A DNA stretch of 64,000 nt from Lepidodermella squamata (Eukaryota > Animalia > Gastrotricha): assembly GCA_047495785.1 (NCBI GenBank), contig JBLDXI010000004.1:1860001-1924000 (forward strand). The letters run 5' to 3'. Positions within the stretch are counted from its first letter, which is position 1. Each line of letters starts with the position of its first letter. The notes beneath the pieces are model-generated. The model ran no database searches, was not told where the DNA came from, and saw nothing but the letters and a program-made list of their open reading frames with translations. Positions 37,972 to 53,539 of this stretch are shown here, piece by piece. Position numbers and translations under genes: made by a program.

Positions 37972-38880
37972 ATATTGGCGAAACAAAAGAGAACGCACGG
38001 AACAGATCGGCCTCTATCTTATTTTGGTTGGTGGTGGGTTTTTACTGGAAAGAAAACGGTAGATTTGGTGTCTTCCCTTCTAATAAGCCTCTATACTTGA
38101 CAAGGTTTCATGATTGTCCCAGGCTGATCGTTGACCCCATTGTCTTTGTTTGCAATGAGCTCCCTAGACTGAAAAAACTAAAAATTCAATGTAAAAGCTC
38201 AATGTAGCGAGTCTTTAATAGATCATAAGTGAATTCATAATAATAAATTATCTCCTTTCAATCAATCTGCATTATTGCAGAGGAAAGCATTTCTTTTAGC
38301 TCATTCACTTGTCACTAGCGTTTCTGAATTGATGTCTCGGCTCCATCAGTGGACTCGGATAGGTTTGCGTAACATATTTGACTGAGATCGACCACATGTA
38401 TCAGCCTACGAAATCGAGGTTTTTGCTGAATCTAAATAGCTAAATAGCTAAGTGTTATCCTAGTTTCTGATGGCACTTACGGCGGCACTTATCGTGATTC
38501 GTGATCCCATACAAGGGGGACTCTGGAATCGTTTCAATGACACCTCACCACCGACATCCGTTCATTATTAGGAAGCGAAGCTCTAGCCGGAAAACACAAC
38601 TCATCCTAAGCCTGCACAGTTCAATCTCACCGCCGCATATTTCCTACCATAGCTGAGGTGGGAAAGTGGCGCGCGTTCTCACCCTTCGTTCTCTATCTGC
38701 TGCCGAAATTGAGCACCCTTGCTTGCGGCGTATTCTTGTCCCGCTAATCATAGTACACAGGCGGGGAATTTGTGGGGTAGAAAAAAGCTGACGAAAGCTT
38801 GAAAGCATCCGTCCGGTAGGGATAAGCAGATGAAACTGCTCGCGCTAGCCGCATTACCCAGAGACCAGAGACGCGGCATC

Positions 38881-39073
38881 ATGAACAACAGCACGGTAGC
38901 GAGCGAAGCCACCAGCAGCAGCAGTCCTGCTGCTGGGCGGGGTCTGGATCGGGGCTGATATCGAAGACCGCGGCTTCAATGGCTCACCGCCGTACTTCAT
39001 CGGCTACTTCCACGACCTGAGCAGACCCTCAATCGAAGGTCGACTGCCCTACACGCTGACCGCACAGCTGTAG
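38881..39073 (+). pseudogene. GPCR paralog D fragment, copy 2
   Basis: Same sequence as 6935-7127. Confidence 0.85.
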
Positions 39074-41129
39074 CTGCTTGACGAGCAAAAATAACCTGAT
39101 AACGCTTAAGATGTCTTCGCGCTAAAAATCAGCCATCTTTAAACAAGGACAGCTGATTGTTCATTTCTACTATTTAACCCAAGTTTTTGATAGCATTCTC
39201 AGTCCTTCTCATTTCCAAGGTCAACTTCACTTGAATTAAACTGACAAATGCGGTACATTTTGAACAAATGAACAAATGAAATTGAAGGGACTATAAAAAA
39301 TAAATACTAGAAATCGAAATGCTAAAAATCAAAATTAAACGAAAATTAAGAATAATAAAAAACATGAATAATTTCCAGTTTTCCCACAAAGATCTATTTC
39401 TTGAAAACAGCCATTTGAAGCCCGGGATCATTGAAATAGCTGCTCAAATGAGTTAATTTTTGATTATTATTTTGACTAATTATTTTGATTATTTTGAAGT
39501 ATTTTCATAATTTTCATAATTGATATATCAGCTTAGCGGCATCTTTGATCACTTGCCGAGCGGGGTTTTAACTCTATAACTGCCAAATATAGACTGCGAG
39601 ATCCGATATTTGGATCCAAATCCCAAATCCTGGCTCTGTGAAAATTTCTTTTATTTCAGATCAGCGATGCTTCGTAGAGCAAATCGCCTGCCGGTAAAAC
39701 AAAATAAAGGCCATTGCCCGGCGGTTTTGTTGACACCAATTTCGGGGCCAAAGCAGACATCAAGGAATGTACAGAAATCAACTTGAAAAACCAGTGATAT
39801 TTCGATTGCTGCGCAATAATATGTGGGTCTAATTGCCATTCTTTGGTCTGATTTTTGGCTCTAGTCCAAAATTTTGACGTTATTTCACAGTCATTATCGA
39901 AGATTTGTTCAGACCGAATTTCGAATTTAGCAATGGCCCACACTAATGCCCTACGAAGCATCGTTGATCCGAAATAAAAGACATCGTCATGGACGCCTAA
40001 GGGGAGCATGTTACTATACGCGATAAGCTAGATCTCGTGGCGAAATCCGTTTTTCGAAATTCGATCTACAACATGTTGTATAAAGTTCCATCACAGGAGA
40101 GGAATTGTAGCGCACGCGAATGTTGAATTAAGTCCACAATAAAATGGACTTCAGACATCATGCGTTTGATCTGTTTTTGTTTTATCATTGCGAGTTTTCG
40201 GCATTTTACGCTTATACAGACTAAGATGAACAGCATTTACAGTGCAAAATTGGTGATATGATCCAACTTAAATGTACTAATCCACCTAAACCACCTAATC
40301 CACCTAATCCGCTGAATCTGCCGAATAGCATAGCTTTGAAGAGCTAGTTTTTTCGCTGGGTCGCGACAAATTGAACCCTTAAGACACAATGAGAACAGCC
40401 CTTTAGCCACACAGAGACCTTTCTGTGAGAGGTTAGACGGGATTGCTTCGAATCGATTCATTGGGTTCGTAATAGGGTATATCGACCTATATAACACAGC
40501 TTCTAACGGTTTTGAAGTAAAAATCATTTCCATTTATTTTCATTTTTGATGCCAATCTTCCCTGGCAACTGCCGAAATTCATATCACAAAACTTGAGATT
40601 ATGATGTAAAACAATGTATGGGTATGTATTCAGAATTAGCTGATCGTCCTATGAGTCACCGCCAACCGCCACTAAATCTGGCAGATGAGTCATAAAAATG
40701 TTTGTGAAATTTGTACTTTTTACTTCCAAAAGTCATCCAAAATCGTTAAAATGTTCTTGAAAGCGCTGGCTAACTTTGAAAATTTGAAAAATTACTTATT
40801 TTTCACGCTATTTAAAGTCCACGAAATTGCGACCCCCAGCCTAATAGACGAGTTATTTGTAAATTCTGGGTATGCCATCATGATCTCCATGAAAAGTTGG
40901 GCTAGAGGTTATTTGTTATTTGGACGGTCATGGAACTGGCTGCCTTGTGTACCTGCGTAAGCCCGAATAACGCCAACCTTACCGCTTTATTCAAATCAAT
41001 TCTGAAATGGAGAATGCACATAAAAATCGGGGCTATTCCGAAAAATTGAATAATTTGCCTAATAAAGTTAATTTATGATGAATGATTGAAAAAATAAATG
41101 CATTATTGAATAGGATGTGTTGATCAATT

Positions 41130-42443
41130 TTATTCAAGGACTGTTGAGACGATTGTAGCCGTTCTAGCTGTTGCTTTGATGCTCGCCAAGTTAATCCGAA
41201 TAGGCCGCAATGTACGACCGCGCTGTGGAAAAAGCTTCCTTCCTACGAAAGGCAGTCGCTGCGAAAATCCGGGTTTCGCCATTTTCACAAAGCACGAAAA
41301 GACCATTTCAGCAACTACGCAGATGTTGCCGTACTTGAACAAGTCGCCGCTGGCGTAGTTCGGTCCCCAGTTCCAGTAGTCGAGCTGTAGCACAAAATGC
41401 ACAGCCGTAGGCAGGTGGAACGCATTGAACACGAGCACAGCGGCTATAGATTGCTTTGCGAAAAACACCTGCCGCTGCCGCCACCGGGTCTCCATAGACA
41501 CTGTACGCTGCGTTGAACGCCATCTGATGCGAGCGGCCCGAATTTGAGCGAACATTTTCCTGTATATTGACCGAAACATAGGAAAAACTTAGAGAAAACA
41601 CAAGTACGAAATTAGCGGCAAACCAATAGTTGTAGCTGAGGCCGAAAGAAGATAGTTGAACCACCACTAGGTAGTAAAGCAGAACAGCCACAGCAGTGTC
41701 CGAAGAACGGATGAATTTGTAGTTGAACGCCCCACACAGCGGAATGGCTGAGTTGTTGTTCACTCCGGCAATTATGATTTCTTGATAGCCGAGCGTTTGA
41801 TACGGCTCGATGATGAACGCGATCGGGTAACAGCCACCCAACGCGAACAGCACTACAGCCATTATCATCAGCTGATAATAAGGGATTTGTTTTCTAGAAT
41901 TTGCAAAATCAATTCCAGCAAATGACCTGTTACCTTTGCCCTGTTCGAGCGGTATAACGATGTCGAGGTGATGCACATGCGGCGTTCGTAGCTGATGAGC
42001 CAGTTGAGAACACAGCCGAACGTGCCAACTGTGCACGTGATCCAGAACACGCCTGAGCAGGCAGCGCGACCAGCCTCCCAAAACCCGGTCGGCAGGGTGA
42101 CTAGGAAACAGAATGACAAATTGATGGCCCAGACAATGTTGCGAACAGCCGTCATTACGCTGAGCATTAGGAAATCGCCATTGACGTTGCTCTGGTAGTA
42201 CGAAACAACGTTTGTAATGCTGGCGATGATGCCAAGGAGAGATAAAATAACCGCAGTTATGCTGTAGTGCAGTCGATCGTGAACGCTCTCAGCTGCCAAA
42301 TCGTGGAACCAGCCGATGAAATACGGCCTCGAGCCGTTGAAACCGCGATCCGGGATGTTGGCCATAATCCAAGCCCCGCCGGGCATCACAACAGCCATAT
42401 TATTGCTACTTGAATGCGTCAAATTTGACATGTTACGCGACAT
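41130..42443 (-). CDS. GPCR paralog E, copy 2
   Basis: Minus-strand exons 42443-41934, 41871-41624, 41559-41130; ORF translations identical to copy 1. Confidence 0.9.
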
Positions 42444-43647
42444 TTAAGTAGAAAAGTAATTTCAGACGCGAATTTGAGTTGGTGAGTTTTATCACCGTGC
42501 TTCTCTCGTTTCTAAAAGCTTCCTGTGTCAACTACTACTAATGTGTTCGATGCTAGCTGAATCTACTGGGATTGATGCCACTCAACTACGCACCCCGCTT
42601 CAGCGTGCGAAGTAGAACTTTTGAGCTAGGGATACTTCGGTCATTCCTTCAGCATATAGTCCAAAAAAATATCCGTACCGTACTCCCAGTCTCCCCGCTA
42701 CTTCTCTCTCTGCCCCGCTTAGTTCCGTGCGAGGCGCTTGGGGTTTTCAGATACAAATCTGTATTTTTGCACTAATTCTTCACTGCTACGTCAAAATTTA
42801 CTAGAACACATTCGGTTCAGTATATCTGATTCTAGTTAAATAAAATAACAGAAGCAACAATTAGTCTGGCATCGAGTAATCTGAGATTTTCGCGATTTTT
42901 AACCACAAGAATATAGGAAGCTCAACAATTAAAGAGTTCTTTCACTTAGCTGACGCTCATCAGTGCTCCGAGTACGGGCGGTAAGGGGGGTAAACAAACC
43001 CGAAAATTTCTGAAAAACGTAAGGGTCCCCCCTTTTGATTTGCAAATTTCGGGCTCAAAATGCTCGATTTACCCCCCTCAGAGCTGGACCTAGTCGGATC
43101 GCTGATGCTCATCAATCATCAATTCGAATCTTCATTTCGGCATGCCTTAGTGTCTGCGAGCAACTGGCGACGTGCTGTTCTTTCTTCGAAAGCGAGAGTG
43201 GATCGTCGTTTTCAGCTTCTCCAGGCAGTGGCAGCGCGATGGCGGCGGTCTCACTCAAATTCGCGCTCTGGAATTTGGATCGGATTCAGATCTGCTCGAT
43301 TTCGCGGCATTTGAACAATTTAAATGGCATCAGGTTAGTGCTCCCATTTCAACCTAAATGGATAAGCCTCTTCAACGACACTTCGGCGTCTTTCCTATCT
43401 TTTCACTTGGATGCAGTCTCCGCAGGTTTTAATTTTGAAAATTCAAAATTTTCCATGAAAAGTGGATGAGAATCAATAGTAAGAATCCGAGAATCGCCCT
43501 TTCAAATCAACCCACTTTTTGCTTTCCGCAGGAAAGGATTATACAACATACGCCGCACTTCATAATAATTCAAAATCTGATCAAATCTGATTTTTCTGAT
43601 CTAACTCTAACACCTTATTCTATCTGTCGCACAACTCAAAATAATTA

Positions 43648-43763
43648 CAGGGCGTTCGCGTAATAATACTCTGGGTGAGCTAAAAATAGCTACAAAAAAG
43701 CTCAAATGAATGCAAAAAGTAGCAAAGCTATTTTTAGAAGAGTATTATTACGCGAACACCCTG
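43648..43763. mobile_element. Tc1/mariner-type MITE, copy 3
   Basis: Same sequence and flanks as 11702-11817. Confidence 0.85.
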
Positions 43764-45440
43764 TATATTGTATTAATTGGTTCGAAGTTAGCGGCCTGCG
43801 TGCCCTTTTGAAACCACGAATCTTTTGTATCGATTTTTTATACCTAAGAATATTTTTCGAAATAAAGATAATAATAATAATAATAATAATAATTTTCAAA
43901 AATGTTTGGATTCAAAGCCGCGAATAGTTTTTGATGGATTGTAGTATAATAAGCGTACGTTTCAAGCGTTAAGCGATTTTATCGACATTCACAACAAACC
44001 AAGTCAACTTATGATGCATGAATCAGGTCACCTAATTCAAAAAGGAACATGCAGCTGGTATTCTACATTAAAAATTCTACAATTCTAAAATAAAAAAATG
44101 AGCTTTTATATGAGGGCTCCATTCGATAGGTTGGCGTACACGCCCTCATCGATTCACGACGTGACAAATGATCGCATTAGCCCTAAATGACAAACGATAT
44201 TATTTGGGTCCAGGCCGGTAACCAAATTATTGCAAGTGATCTTACATAAGGCAGCGAAAGATGTCTTCGCACTCAGCCGGGGTAAAAGCTGACATCACAT
44301 TTACAGCTGCTAAGCAACGCCCAACGCTACGGCGAGCGAACTCTTGCCGCAGAACTCGATATTGCTAAATATATCGAATACATCGCTCATTTAACGGCTA
44401 CAGACAAAATCGCGACAGAACTGGAAAAACGCTGCCCAGCGTGGCATATCAGACAGCTACTAAAGCCCGACTACCGCCTCCGATTCGACACCAGAGATTG
44501 GCTGATCATTGAATAAACGACATAAAAACGATCAAAACAAACACTAAACATCAACCATGATCTCTTGTTTATAAGCTTTACATTATACACACTGTCTACT
44601 TACACAAAAATTTTATATCTATGAAATGTTATTGTACCCCCTGAATCATCGTGGCATCAAGTTATCGCGCCGAGAGCGCTGCGAGGCGTATGGCTGAAAA
44701 ATAAAATCTCGATATGCCAAGCACTGGAGAGCGCGAGGAGCAAGGGGAGGGAAGGGGGGGGGGGGGGAGCAGGCAAAAGCAGAAACGTCCTTATAAAACC
44801 ACAGGGGGGACCCTTTGGTCGTAAAATTGGGCCCCGAAAATACCCCCTAGTTCGAGGATCCTACTTCGCGCACTGGCTTGACCTGAATGAAGCAAGAAAA
44901 TAGCAACTTGGGCAATAAAACTGTAATAGCGCGGTGCGTGAATGTTTGTTTCGTGTATCTGAACTCGCCGCAGTCGATTTACTCATCTTCGACTCGTTCC
45001 GATTAGTAAATCCCGGCATTCCGTCAGATACAGACTTTTTTCGCGTTCAATATCATGCAATTAGAATATTAACTTACGCCATTATCGTATTCCAGCTATA
45101 GCATTCGGCGTTTGAATTATAGTTATAGTTATAATTTGCATAATTATAATTTCCCTCGCAATTCCCCACAATTATAATTAGGTTATAATTAGCAAATAGT
45201 TGTAATTTGCTGTGAATCTAGCGGCTCTGCCCATTTATCGAAACTACTATCTCTCGCCTACAATTACCGGATGACTCTAAAATTGTATATATATATCCGC
45301 CTATTCCTTCTACCTAATCTTGACTAATCTTGACTAACTATATCGGCAATATTAATAAAAATGTGAATAAAAATTACTCTGAGCATCACTCTGGAAAAAA
45401 CTACCTCATTCTTCTAAAACGCCGCACGAACAACGTCACG

Positions 45441-45698
45441 ATGTACCAGGCTGTATCGGCCCAGTTGAAGCCAGCAGCTGCAGTCGTGTTGCCAGGCGGG
45501 GCTTGGATCTTGGATCTCAGCTGATATCGAGGACCGCGGCTTCAACGGCTCGAGGCCGTATCTCATCGGTTTTTATCACGACCTGAGCAGACAGTCGATC
45601 GGCGAACGGCTTCCCTACCCGCTGACCGTAGTCATACTGGCCGTGTTGGCGGTCGCAGCCAGCATCGCCAACTTAGCCGTCTATTACAGACGCGGGGT
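45441..45698 (+). pseudogene. GPCR paralog F fragment, copy 3
   Basis: Same sequence and frameshift as 13491-13748 (offset 31950). Confidence 0.85.
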
Positions 45699-47020
45699 AG
45701 CCTTCACGCGTTGGTTAGTTTACTAACTGACAGCCACTTGAGAGACATTTTCAGGTTCGGTCTCGGTATGCAAGTGGCCGTCATCTCTTGCCTTGTCGGG
45801 GCCCCTGTGCTTAAGATGTTCACAACATCGAACTAAATGGAGATGGGTGAGTGGAGGCAACACAGGACGGGAGCAATCCTATCTGACTCACCTTCCGGCG
45901 TTTCTACCTGTTCCTCACGTCTCAAGAGGAACAGTCCAACAACACGGCAGCCTGCAGAAATAGGTTTTGCATTCGTGAGTGAATTTTGGTATTCAAGGAT
46001 GATAAGGATGATAAATAAGGACATTAGGCTGAGCCGCAGGAAAGACTAGTTTTGATTTCCAGATTGTTCTTGTGATGCAATTTTGGCGTCACTAATCACT
46101 ATGCTTTGAAACACTGAATGAAATGCCACTACACCTTTCCTGTCCCAAATCTCAACTTGTCCTGCAATTATATGCTGTTTTGCCTAACATTGTCAAGCTG
46201 CCCCCTGTTGGGCGTATGAGCTTTCAAATGAATAAATAAATAAACTACCAATGAATCAAAATAATAAAACAGTTATGAAGGAATTTTCGCAGCATCATTT
46301 CTCGAAATGTTTATATACCAATTGTTACAGCAAATCAGCAAGGAATATCGGTAATTAAAAATTCGAAATGTGATTTTTCAAATCAAGTAGCAAAATAAGC
46401 TGGGAAATACAAATGCTGCGTTGAAAACGACCTTGATTAGGCTATCCCTTTTCCTGTACACGTCCTTTCACATCCGCTTGGAATCATGAGCTTGGATTTG
46501 CGGCTTGAGTTTACACGGGAGCCAGCAACGCCACACAACAAAAGGCGCAGTGATCATACGCTTATCGTTCTCGCATAGTGACGCCGAAATTGCGTCGCAA
46601 TAAAAAATCTAACAATAGAGCAGCCCGCAGGAATAAGTCTTACTGGCTGAATTTTTGTATTCGAGTATGGTGTGGTAAATGAGGACAGCAGGCGAAAAAT
46701 GAGCCAGTTTTGCTGCAAGAACGACGAGTTTTGATTTTCTGATTTTTCTTGAGACGCAATTTAGGCGTCACAATGCGTGCATACCGAGAAAGAATGCATG
46801 ACGCTCGTCCGGAGGGGCGGATGCCGCCCACGGGAAGCTTCCCGGCATTTCAAATAACGTACCAGCGGAGTTCAAAACATTAACCGGGAAAATGAGATGA
46901 TGCATTAATTAATGTAAATCTCGGGAGGACAATCCGAGCGGAAACGTGGAGATGAAACGCTTCATCAAAAACACTCAGAAAATCATCTGTCTACAGCATT
47001 TTCACGCATCGCACTTCAAT

Positions 47021-48763
47021 ATGTCGAACGTCACGATGACAGCTTCTTTGATTCCGTTCACGAGATCGTGGATTCTTGCGGATTTACCCGACCGTGGCTT
47101 CAATGGTTCGCGGCCGTACTTTATCGGATGGCTGCACGACTTGAGCAGTCAATCGATTGAAGACCGTCTCCCGTACACCCTAGCCATCGTGATGATGAGC
47201 ATTCTTGGAAGTCTAGCCAGTTTGGCGAATATCGTAATCTACTACCGCCGCAACGTGAAACGAGACTTTTTAATGCTGTGCTCCATTGTGGCTGTTAGAA
47301 ACGTTGTGTGGTGTGCCAACTGGTCCTACGCCGTGTTGGTGCCTTTGCGAACTGGCTTCTGGGAGGCAGGCCCAGCAGAGTGCTCGGCTGCTTTCACAAT
47401 CCTGGCTGTCTTAGGCGGGTTCGGCTGTTTCGCAAACATGCTCATCAGCTACGAGAGACGGCTGTGTGTCTGCTCGATGTCCTTTCACCGGCCAAGCTCA
47501 GTAAAAGTAAGTCAAGGAATAAAAATTGTCCTCAGCTAGCTATCAAACGCACTGTTAAATGACGATTGACGTACAGCAAGACTATGTGGCATATTTTCAT
47601 ATTTTTTTTTTAAATGACGTATCATCTCGAGAAATTTCCTATACCGGAGCACATTAAGGTCCTAGATAAGCCGCTCTGCTACGCGGAACAATAATTTTGA
47701 CCTCCTGTGCATTTCCGGTTATGAAACTCAGCAAAAATAGTGTATATGTTTCCTTTCTATTATTCATACATCAATTCAAACATGGTTTAACATTAGGTAG
47801 ATGATAATGTAATTTCTAAAAATCCTATTCTAGCTCATGTCCCTCTCAGCTGGTCTCTTGCTGATCTGCTGCGGCGTCGCAGTGATTTTAAACTTCGCGC
47901 CATATCAATCGCAAGCCCTAGAACGATTGGTCATCGATGGCATCAACAACAATACCGCTGTGCCGTTGTGTGGCTCTTTCCAATACAGGTTCATCGGCGA
48001 GTCGGACACCGCAGTCCTCAATGTGGCGTACTTCTTCATCGCAGTGCAAACATCTTCCCTCGGATTGGCCTACAATTACTGGTGAGTCATTTCACTGGCA
48101 ACTGGTGAGCAAATCACTGCAACTTAGACGAATTATCTTTTGTTGGCCCGGTCCATAAATTTGGGCCGAATTAATGCACGATAGTTTATTAAGAAAATGA
48201 TATGTAGCCTCCAGCGTAGCACTCATATAGTCAAAGTTTCAAGTAGCTAACTGCACCTTCAGAATCTAGAAAGTAGAATTAGAATTAAGTCCTTTCCACA
48301 ATTGCCCTTCACGAAAAGGTTAAACTATGTAACACTGCATCGTGATTTTAGGAAGATGTTCGCCCAGATACGATCTGTTCGCCTCGGATGGCAAGATCAC
48401 CAGTCGAATGTTGAAAAGTCGAAAATCCAGGAAAACTGGCGGCAACGTGAAGTTTTCTTCGCCAAGCAGTCAATCGCTGCATTCGTGGCCTACAACGCAG
48501 CCCACCTACCGCTGGCTGTACATTTCGCCTTTCAGCTAGGCTACGTCGATCTCGGGCCGCGATTTGCCTCTGGCAACCTCATGAAGTACGGCATCGTGTG
48601 CGTGCTCATCGAGATGGTCGTGTCTTCGGTGATCAAATCGCTGAAGCCTGGCTTCACGCGCAACCTGCCGTGGTCGCGCCGAAACAACTTGGTGACTGTC
48701 CACGTGGTTCAAACTAGTCCGTGTATTACTCGCAAAACACCGACCATTGTAAAAAACTGTTGA
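47021..48763 (+). CDS. GPCR paralog G, copy 3
   Basis: Exons 47021-47506, 47834-48081, 48352-48763. Confidence 0.9.
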
Positions 48764-49936
48764 TTATATTTTGGTGCAAAATGTTCACGAGAAACTTGCC
48801 GTGTTCGCGCCGCAGTACCCAGGTGAGTGATGCCGTCACGGTCCGTGTGCTAGTCTAAAATCTGTAAACAAATGATGTTCCGAGTCTAAAACAAATGTTG
48901 GCTGATTTGTTGAAACGTGAAACTAGGTGAAGAGGAAATAAATAACAATAATAATTTAGTTTATGATCATAAAAATCGTGCATGATCCTGTCTTTCCGAA
49001 TAATAAAAACTCTATTGCTATCTTACTATTTCTTAACGAGCTGGCATTTAATAACGTTTGAGCGTATTTTTCTAATAAGACAATACAAAATACAAATCAT
49101 AAATGTAGATGGTTCTCAAACTATCCTCTCGCTCCCGATCAAAAGTTGTGGCTAGCAAATGGTCTTTCTGAGCCCTGAACTGGCCTCTTGCAATAGTAAA
49201 ATGAAGCCTTACCGGCCGCGAATACCGGTAAAAAAGAAAAACGTAGAAACAATTATTTCCCAGAATATTCCCGAGTACCGCAGCGGATGGTAGGGATCAT
49301 TCGAACAAGTTCACTCGGCCCGTGTCTCGGCACTCCGAAGACCCGGCCAAAGGCAAAAGGCTCGGTACACCATATGACGATTTCCATCATCCTTACCAGT
49401 TCTGCGGTCCTAGTACGTTTGATGGTGAAATAACCTGGTCGATTTCAAGAAATGGCTTTCAAAAAAATCAAATTTTGCATGTAAGTGTGCTATCCAAGGT
49501 TGTCGAACAATTCGGCAAATAAAATTAAGGATAAATTCATTAATTTTTTGTTTCAATGTAGCATCGTGAGTGTGCACTCCGATCACTACGTTCTCTATGC
49601 TTAAAACAATTCAGATGTTATGTGAAATGTGGATGAAGCGTCGATATCTAGGCCAAATAAGCCCGACAAATATGTCATATTAATCAGTTTTTATGTGTAC
49701 CAATATATGTAGCAGAGCCGACATATAGCGATACAGAAAATGGCGGATTGACACGTTTTTTTACTTCCGCTTCTGACTCGTAATTCGATCCCATATGTGG
49801 CGTAGAATCAAAGCTGGGATACTGTGGCTGAGCTCGAACGGAAGCCGGTAAAGCATCATCCACCCATTCAGGAGTGGACGCAGGGCTCATGGGAAGTTAT
49901 AGACAATCCCTTCAGTAACATTGAAGCCATTCAGAA

Positions 49937-51419
49937 ATGACGAATGCTTCAGCGTCCTTGATCCCGTTCACAAGCTCGTGGATTCTCGCCGATTTGCCTG
50001 ACCGTGGCTTCAATGGCTCGAGGCCATACTTCATCGGCTGGTTCCACGACTTGAGCGCTCAATCGATCGAAGACCGGCTCCCGTACACGCTAACTGTTTT
50101 AATAATGGCGATTCTCGGAAGTCTGGCCAGCATCGCGAACGTCGTAATCTACCACCGCCGCAATGTTAAAAGAGACTTTCTGATGCTGTGCTCTCTGGTT
50201 GCGATTAGGAATGTTTTGTGGTGCGCAAACTGGTCCTACGCTGTGCTGGTACCTTTGAGGACCGGCTTCTGGGAGGCAGGCGCGGCAGCTTGCTCTGCTG
50301 TTTACTGGAACACGGCTACACTAGGCGGCTTGGGCTGTTTCGCGAACATGCTCATCAGTTACGAGAGGCGGCTGTGCGCATGCTCAACATCGATATACCG
50401 CTCAAGTGCATTGAAAGTAAGCTCATCAAACCATCTAGTTTTGCTAGACCGTTCGTTGTTTCTTTACGCGTTTAACAACCGAAATAACAGTCTGACTACG
50501 TCCCACGTAAGACTGTCTTCCTTACTACACTTCTAAATTGACATGATTTTGATAAAGAAAAGATCGTAGAGTAAAATTAGAGTTTATGTGTTTGCTGCAG
50601 TGTATAGTCCGAAAATTCTGGCTCACCCATAGATCGATACTAAACTTTAAACTTGATTGAACAGCTTCTTCTGCTAGCTGGTGGGTTCTTGTTACTATGC
50701 GGCGGCTGTGCGGTTGTATTCGTATTCGAGCCATACGAAGCGCTGTCCTATCAACGCCTAATCATCGATGGGATAGCGAACAACACGGCTGTGCCTTTAT
50801 GTGGGTCTTTCGAATACAAATTCATCGGCGAGGCAGATACTGTCGTGCTGATCATGGCGTACTACCTCTTCGCAGTTCAAGCTTCGTCTGTCGGCCTGGC
50901 CTACAACTACTGGTAGGTTTCGCAGTGTTGATATCAGTTTTCTATCAGCCGGTCGTAATTTACAGGAGAATGTTTGCCCAAATCCGAGCTGTGCGCTTGA
51001 GATGGCGAGAGACGTCGACTATCGAGGAGAAATGGCAAAAGCGTGAAGTTTTCATCGCCAAGCAGTCAATCGCTGCTTTCTTAGTGTACAACGCATTCCA
51101 CCTACCACTGGCTGTTCATTTCGCTCTTCAGCTAGGCTACGTCGATCTCGGGCCGCGATTCGCATCCGGCAACCTCATGAAGTACGGTCACGTGTGTTTG
51201 CTGGTCGAGATGGTCGTTTCATCAGTCATCAGATCGCTGAAGCCAGGCTTCACGCGCAGTTTGCTGTGTCTTGGCTACTCCCGTCGCGTCAAAATTGCGC
51301 CGTCCAGTGGCAATAACAGTAGCACTGGTCAGACCGCAGCGGCGGTGGTTCAGGCACACGCTACCCGTGAACAGGATTGGTTTAAAAGGATCAAAGTGCT
51401 GATATTCGGTCGAAAGTGA
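49937..51419 (+). CDS. GPCR paralog H, copy 3
   Basis: Exons 49937-50416, 50665-50912, 50966-51419. Confidence 0.9.
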
Positions 51420-52188
51420 GGTCGAAGAGTTGCCTAAGTGATGGTTGACATTTAAAAATTGGTTCAAGTTTAAGCTGGGCAATCATATCCAGGCCAGTTT
51501 GACATTATCTATGAAACAGTTGTGCAAATGGTTTCACATCCCTGCGGTTGCATTTTGTATTTGTCATCATGAAATGTCAATAGTAAGGTAGAGTAATATA
51601 TACCATTTTTTAACTTGAATTTTGCCTATAATGTTTTCACCGATTTGTTACCATAAAAGAACTTGAGAGTGTGCATATTCTACATTCTAAATAGTAAATA
51701 GTCTATTCTACATATGTCGGCTTGGCGCTTGGATGGTTCATGCTTTATGTACTAATTTTTAACTATTATGTCTCAGCGTTTAGTGTTGAAAACGAAAAAG
51801 TAGATCTCAAGAACTGTCGGGTACAAGAACGTGATAGTCGTTTTAATGACATCACGCAACCCAAGTCCGTGCACCGCGCATGCGTGAAAACAACAGCTCC
51901 ATCCGAGCTCAATCGGAAAACACTTTGATACTCATCGTTTCCCTGTCTACTTGAACAGGCCTAAACGCTTCGAGCAAGCATTGTCGTGGAAATGCCCAAC
52001 CTTAGCCGTTGCTTCCGAAATGAAGCAAGCAGCAAGCATGATTGCTCGGGATGAATACCTGTTCCGTTAATCATTAATCGAACACGCGTAGGTGGGGCGG
52101 ATGTAACCTGACGAAAGCATTGAGAGCATCCGGCCGGCTGATGCGGACGAATCGACACTAGCACTTTGTATTTTTCAGACGCCATACA

Positions 52189-53539
52189 ATGAACGGGAGC
52201 ACACTTCATCCGGCAGCTCAATCGAAGCCGGCAGTAGCAGTTTTGCTGCCAGGCGGAGCTTGGATTGCGGCCGATATCGCAGACCGCGGCTTCAACGGCT
52301 CGCGGCCGTACCTCGTCGGCTTTTTCCACGACTTGAGCAGGCCCTCGATCGAAGATCGACTGCCGTATACACTGACCATAGTCATAGTTGCTGTCTTAGC
52401 GATCGCAGCCAGCATCGCTAACTTGGTGGTCTACTACAAACGCGGCGTCAACAGCAGTTTCATCATGCTGTGCTGCTTAATCGCCTTTCGCAATATTATC
52501 TGCGCCCTGAATTGTTGCATCAGCTTGCTGATCACTCTGCCAACAGGCTACTGGGAAGCCAGCCCGGCATCTTGTTCCATCGTATTCTGGATAACAGGCA
52601 CGGTCGGGGCTTTCGGTAGTTTTGTCAACTGTCTCATCAGCTACGAACGGCGTCTCTGTGTCACTTCAACCAGCATGTATCGGACCAGCTCCACCAAAGT
52701 AAGAATAATCCAAACAGCGGTCGACGGGTCTATTGAGCTAGATGTCTTCGAAATAGATTTTTCCGACTTCGTGTGTCCCCCTTTTAATCGAGTATCATCA
52801 TAAATGTGCATTCTTTTCAGCTTTTGATTCTGGCCGCCGGCTCTTTCGTCTTTTGCGGAATTTGTTTTGGACTATTCACGTTCGCACCGTTGCCGATAAT
52901 GGCCCACCAGCGGCTGGTGGTCGATGGCATCAACAACAACACAGCCATCGATTTGTGCGGCGTGTTCCCGTACCGCTTCGTCGGCTCCTCTGATACTAGC
53001 GTCCTACTGCTTATTGTTTTTTTTATTGTCATCCAAGCGACAACTTTTGGTTTAGCCCTCAACTACTGGTAAGCACTTCCCCAGCAGTTTTGAGATTCTC
53101 ATTTGTTCATCGAATATTCGATTGCAGGAAAGTGTTCTCTCAAATTCGGTCTGTTCGTTTGGGCTGGCGTTCGAAGCTGCAAGGTTCCGATCGAGAGGCG
53201 CTGTGGTATCAGCGCGAGTTGTTCTTCGCTAAACAATCCGTCGCAGCTGTCCTCGTGTACAACGTGTGCCAATTGCCGATGGCTGTTCATCTGGCGATGC
53301 AGATTGGCTATGCAGAAATCGGACCTCGTTTCCTGACCGGCGACTACACCAAGTACGGCCATGCAGTTATCTTGTTCGAGATCGCAGCTTCAGCTGTCGT
53401 CCGTAGTTTGAAACCGTCGAATCGCGTCACAGTTGTTATGCCTCCAAGTGCGAACCGTACAACGAAAACAGTAGTTGACACTCAAGATGATCGGCAGAAT
53501 ACAACAACTTTCAATTTGACCAAGGTTTTAAAGCGGTGA
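52189..53539 (+). CDS. GPCR paralog I, copy 2
   Basis: Exons 52189-52698, 52821-53068, 53128-53539; one visible substitution versus copy 1 (CISFLI to CISLLI). Confidence 0.9.
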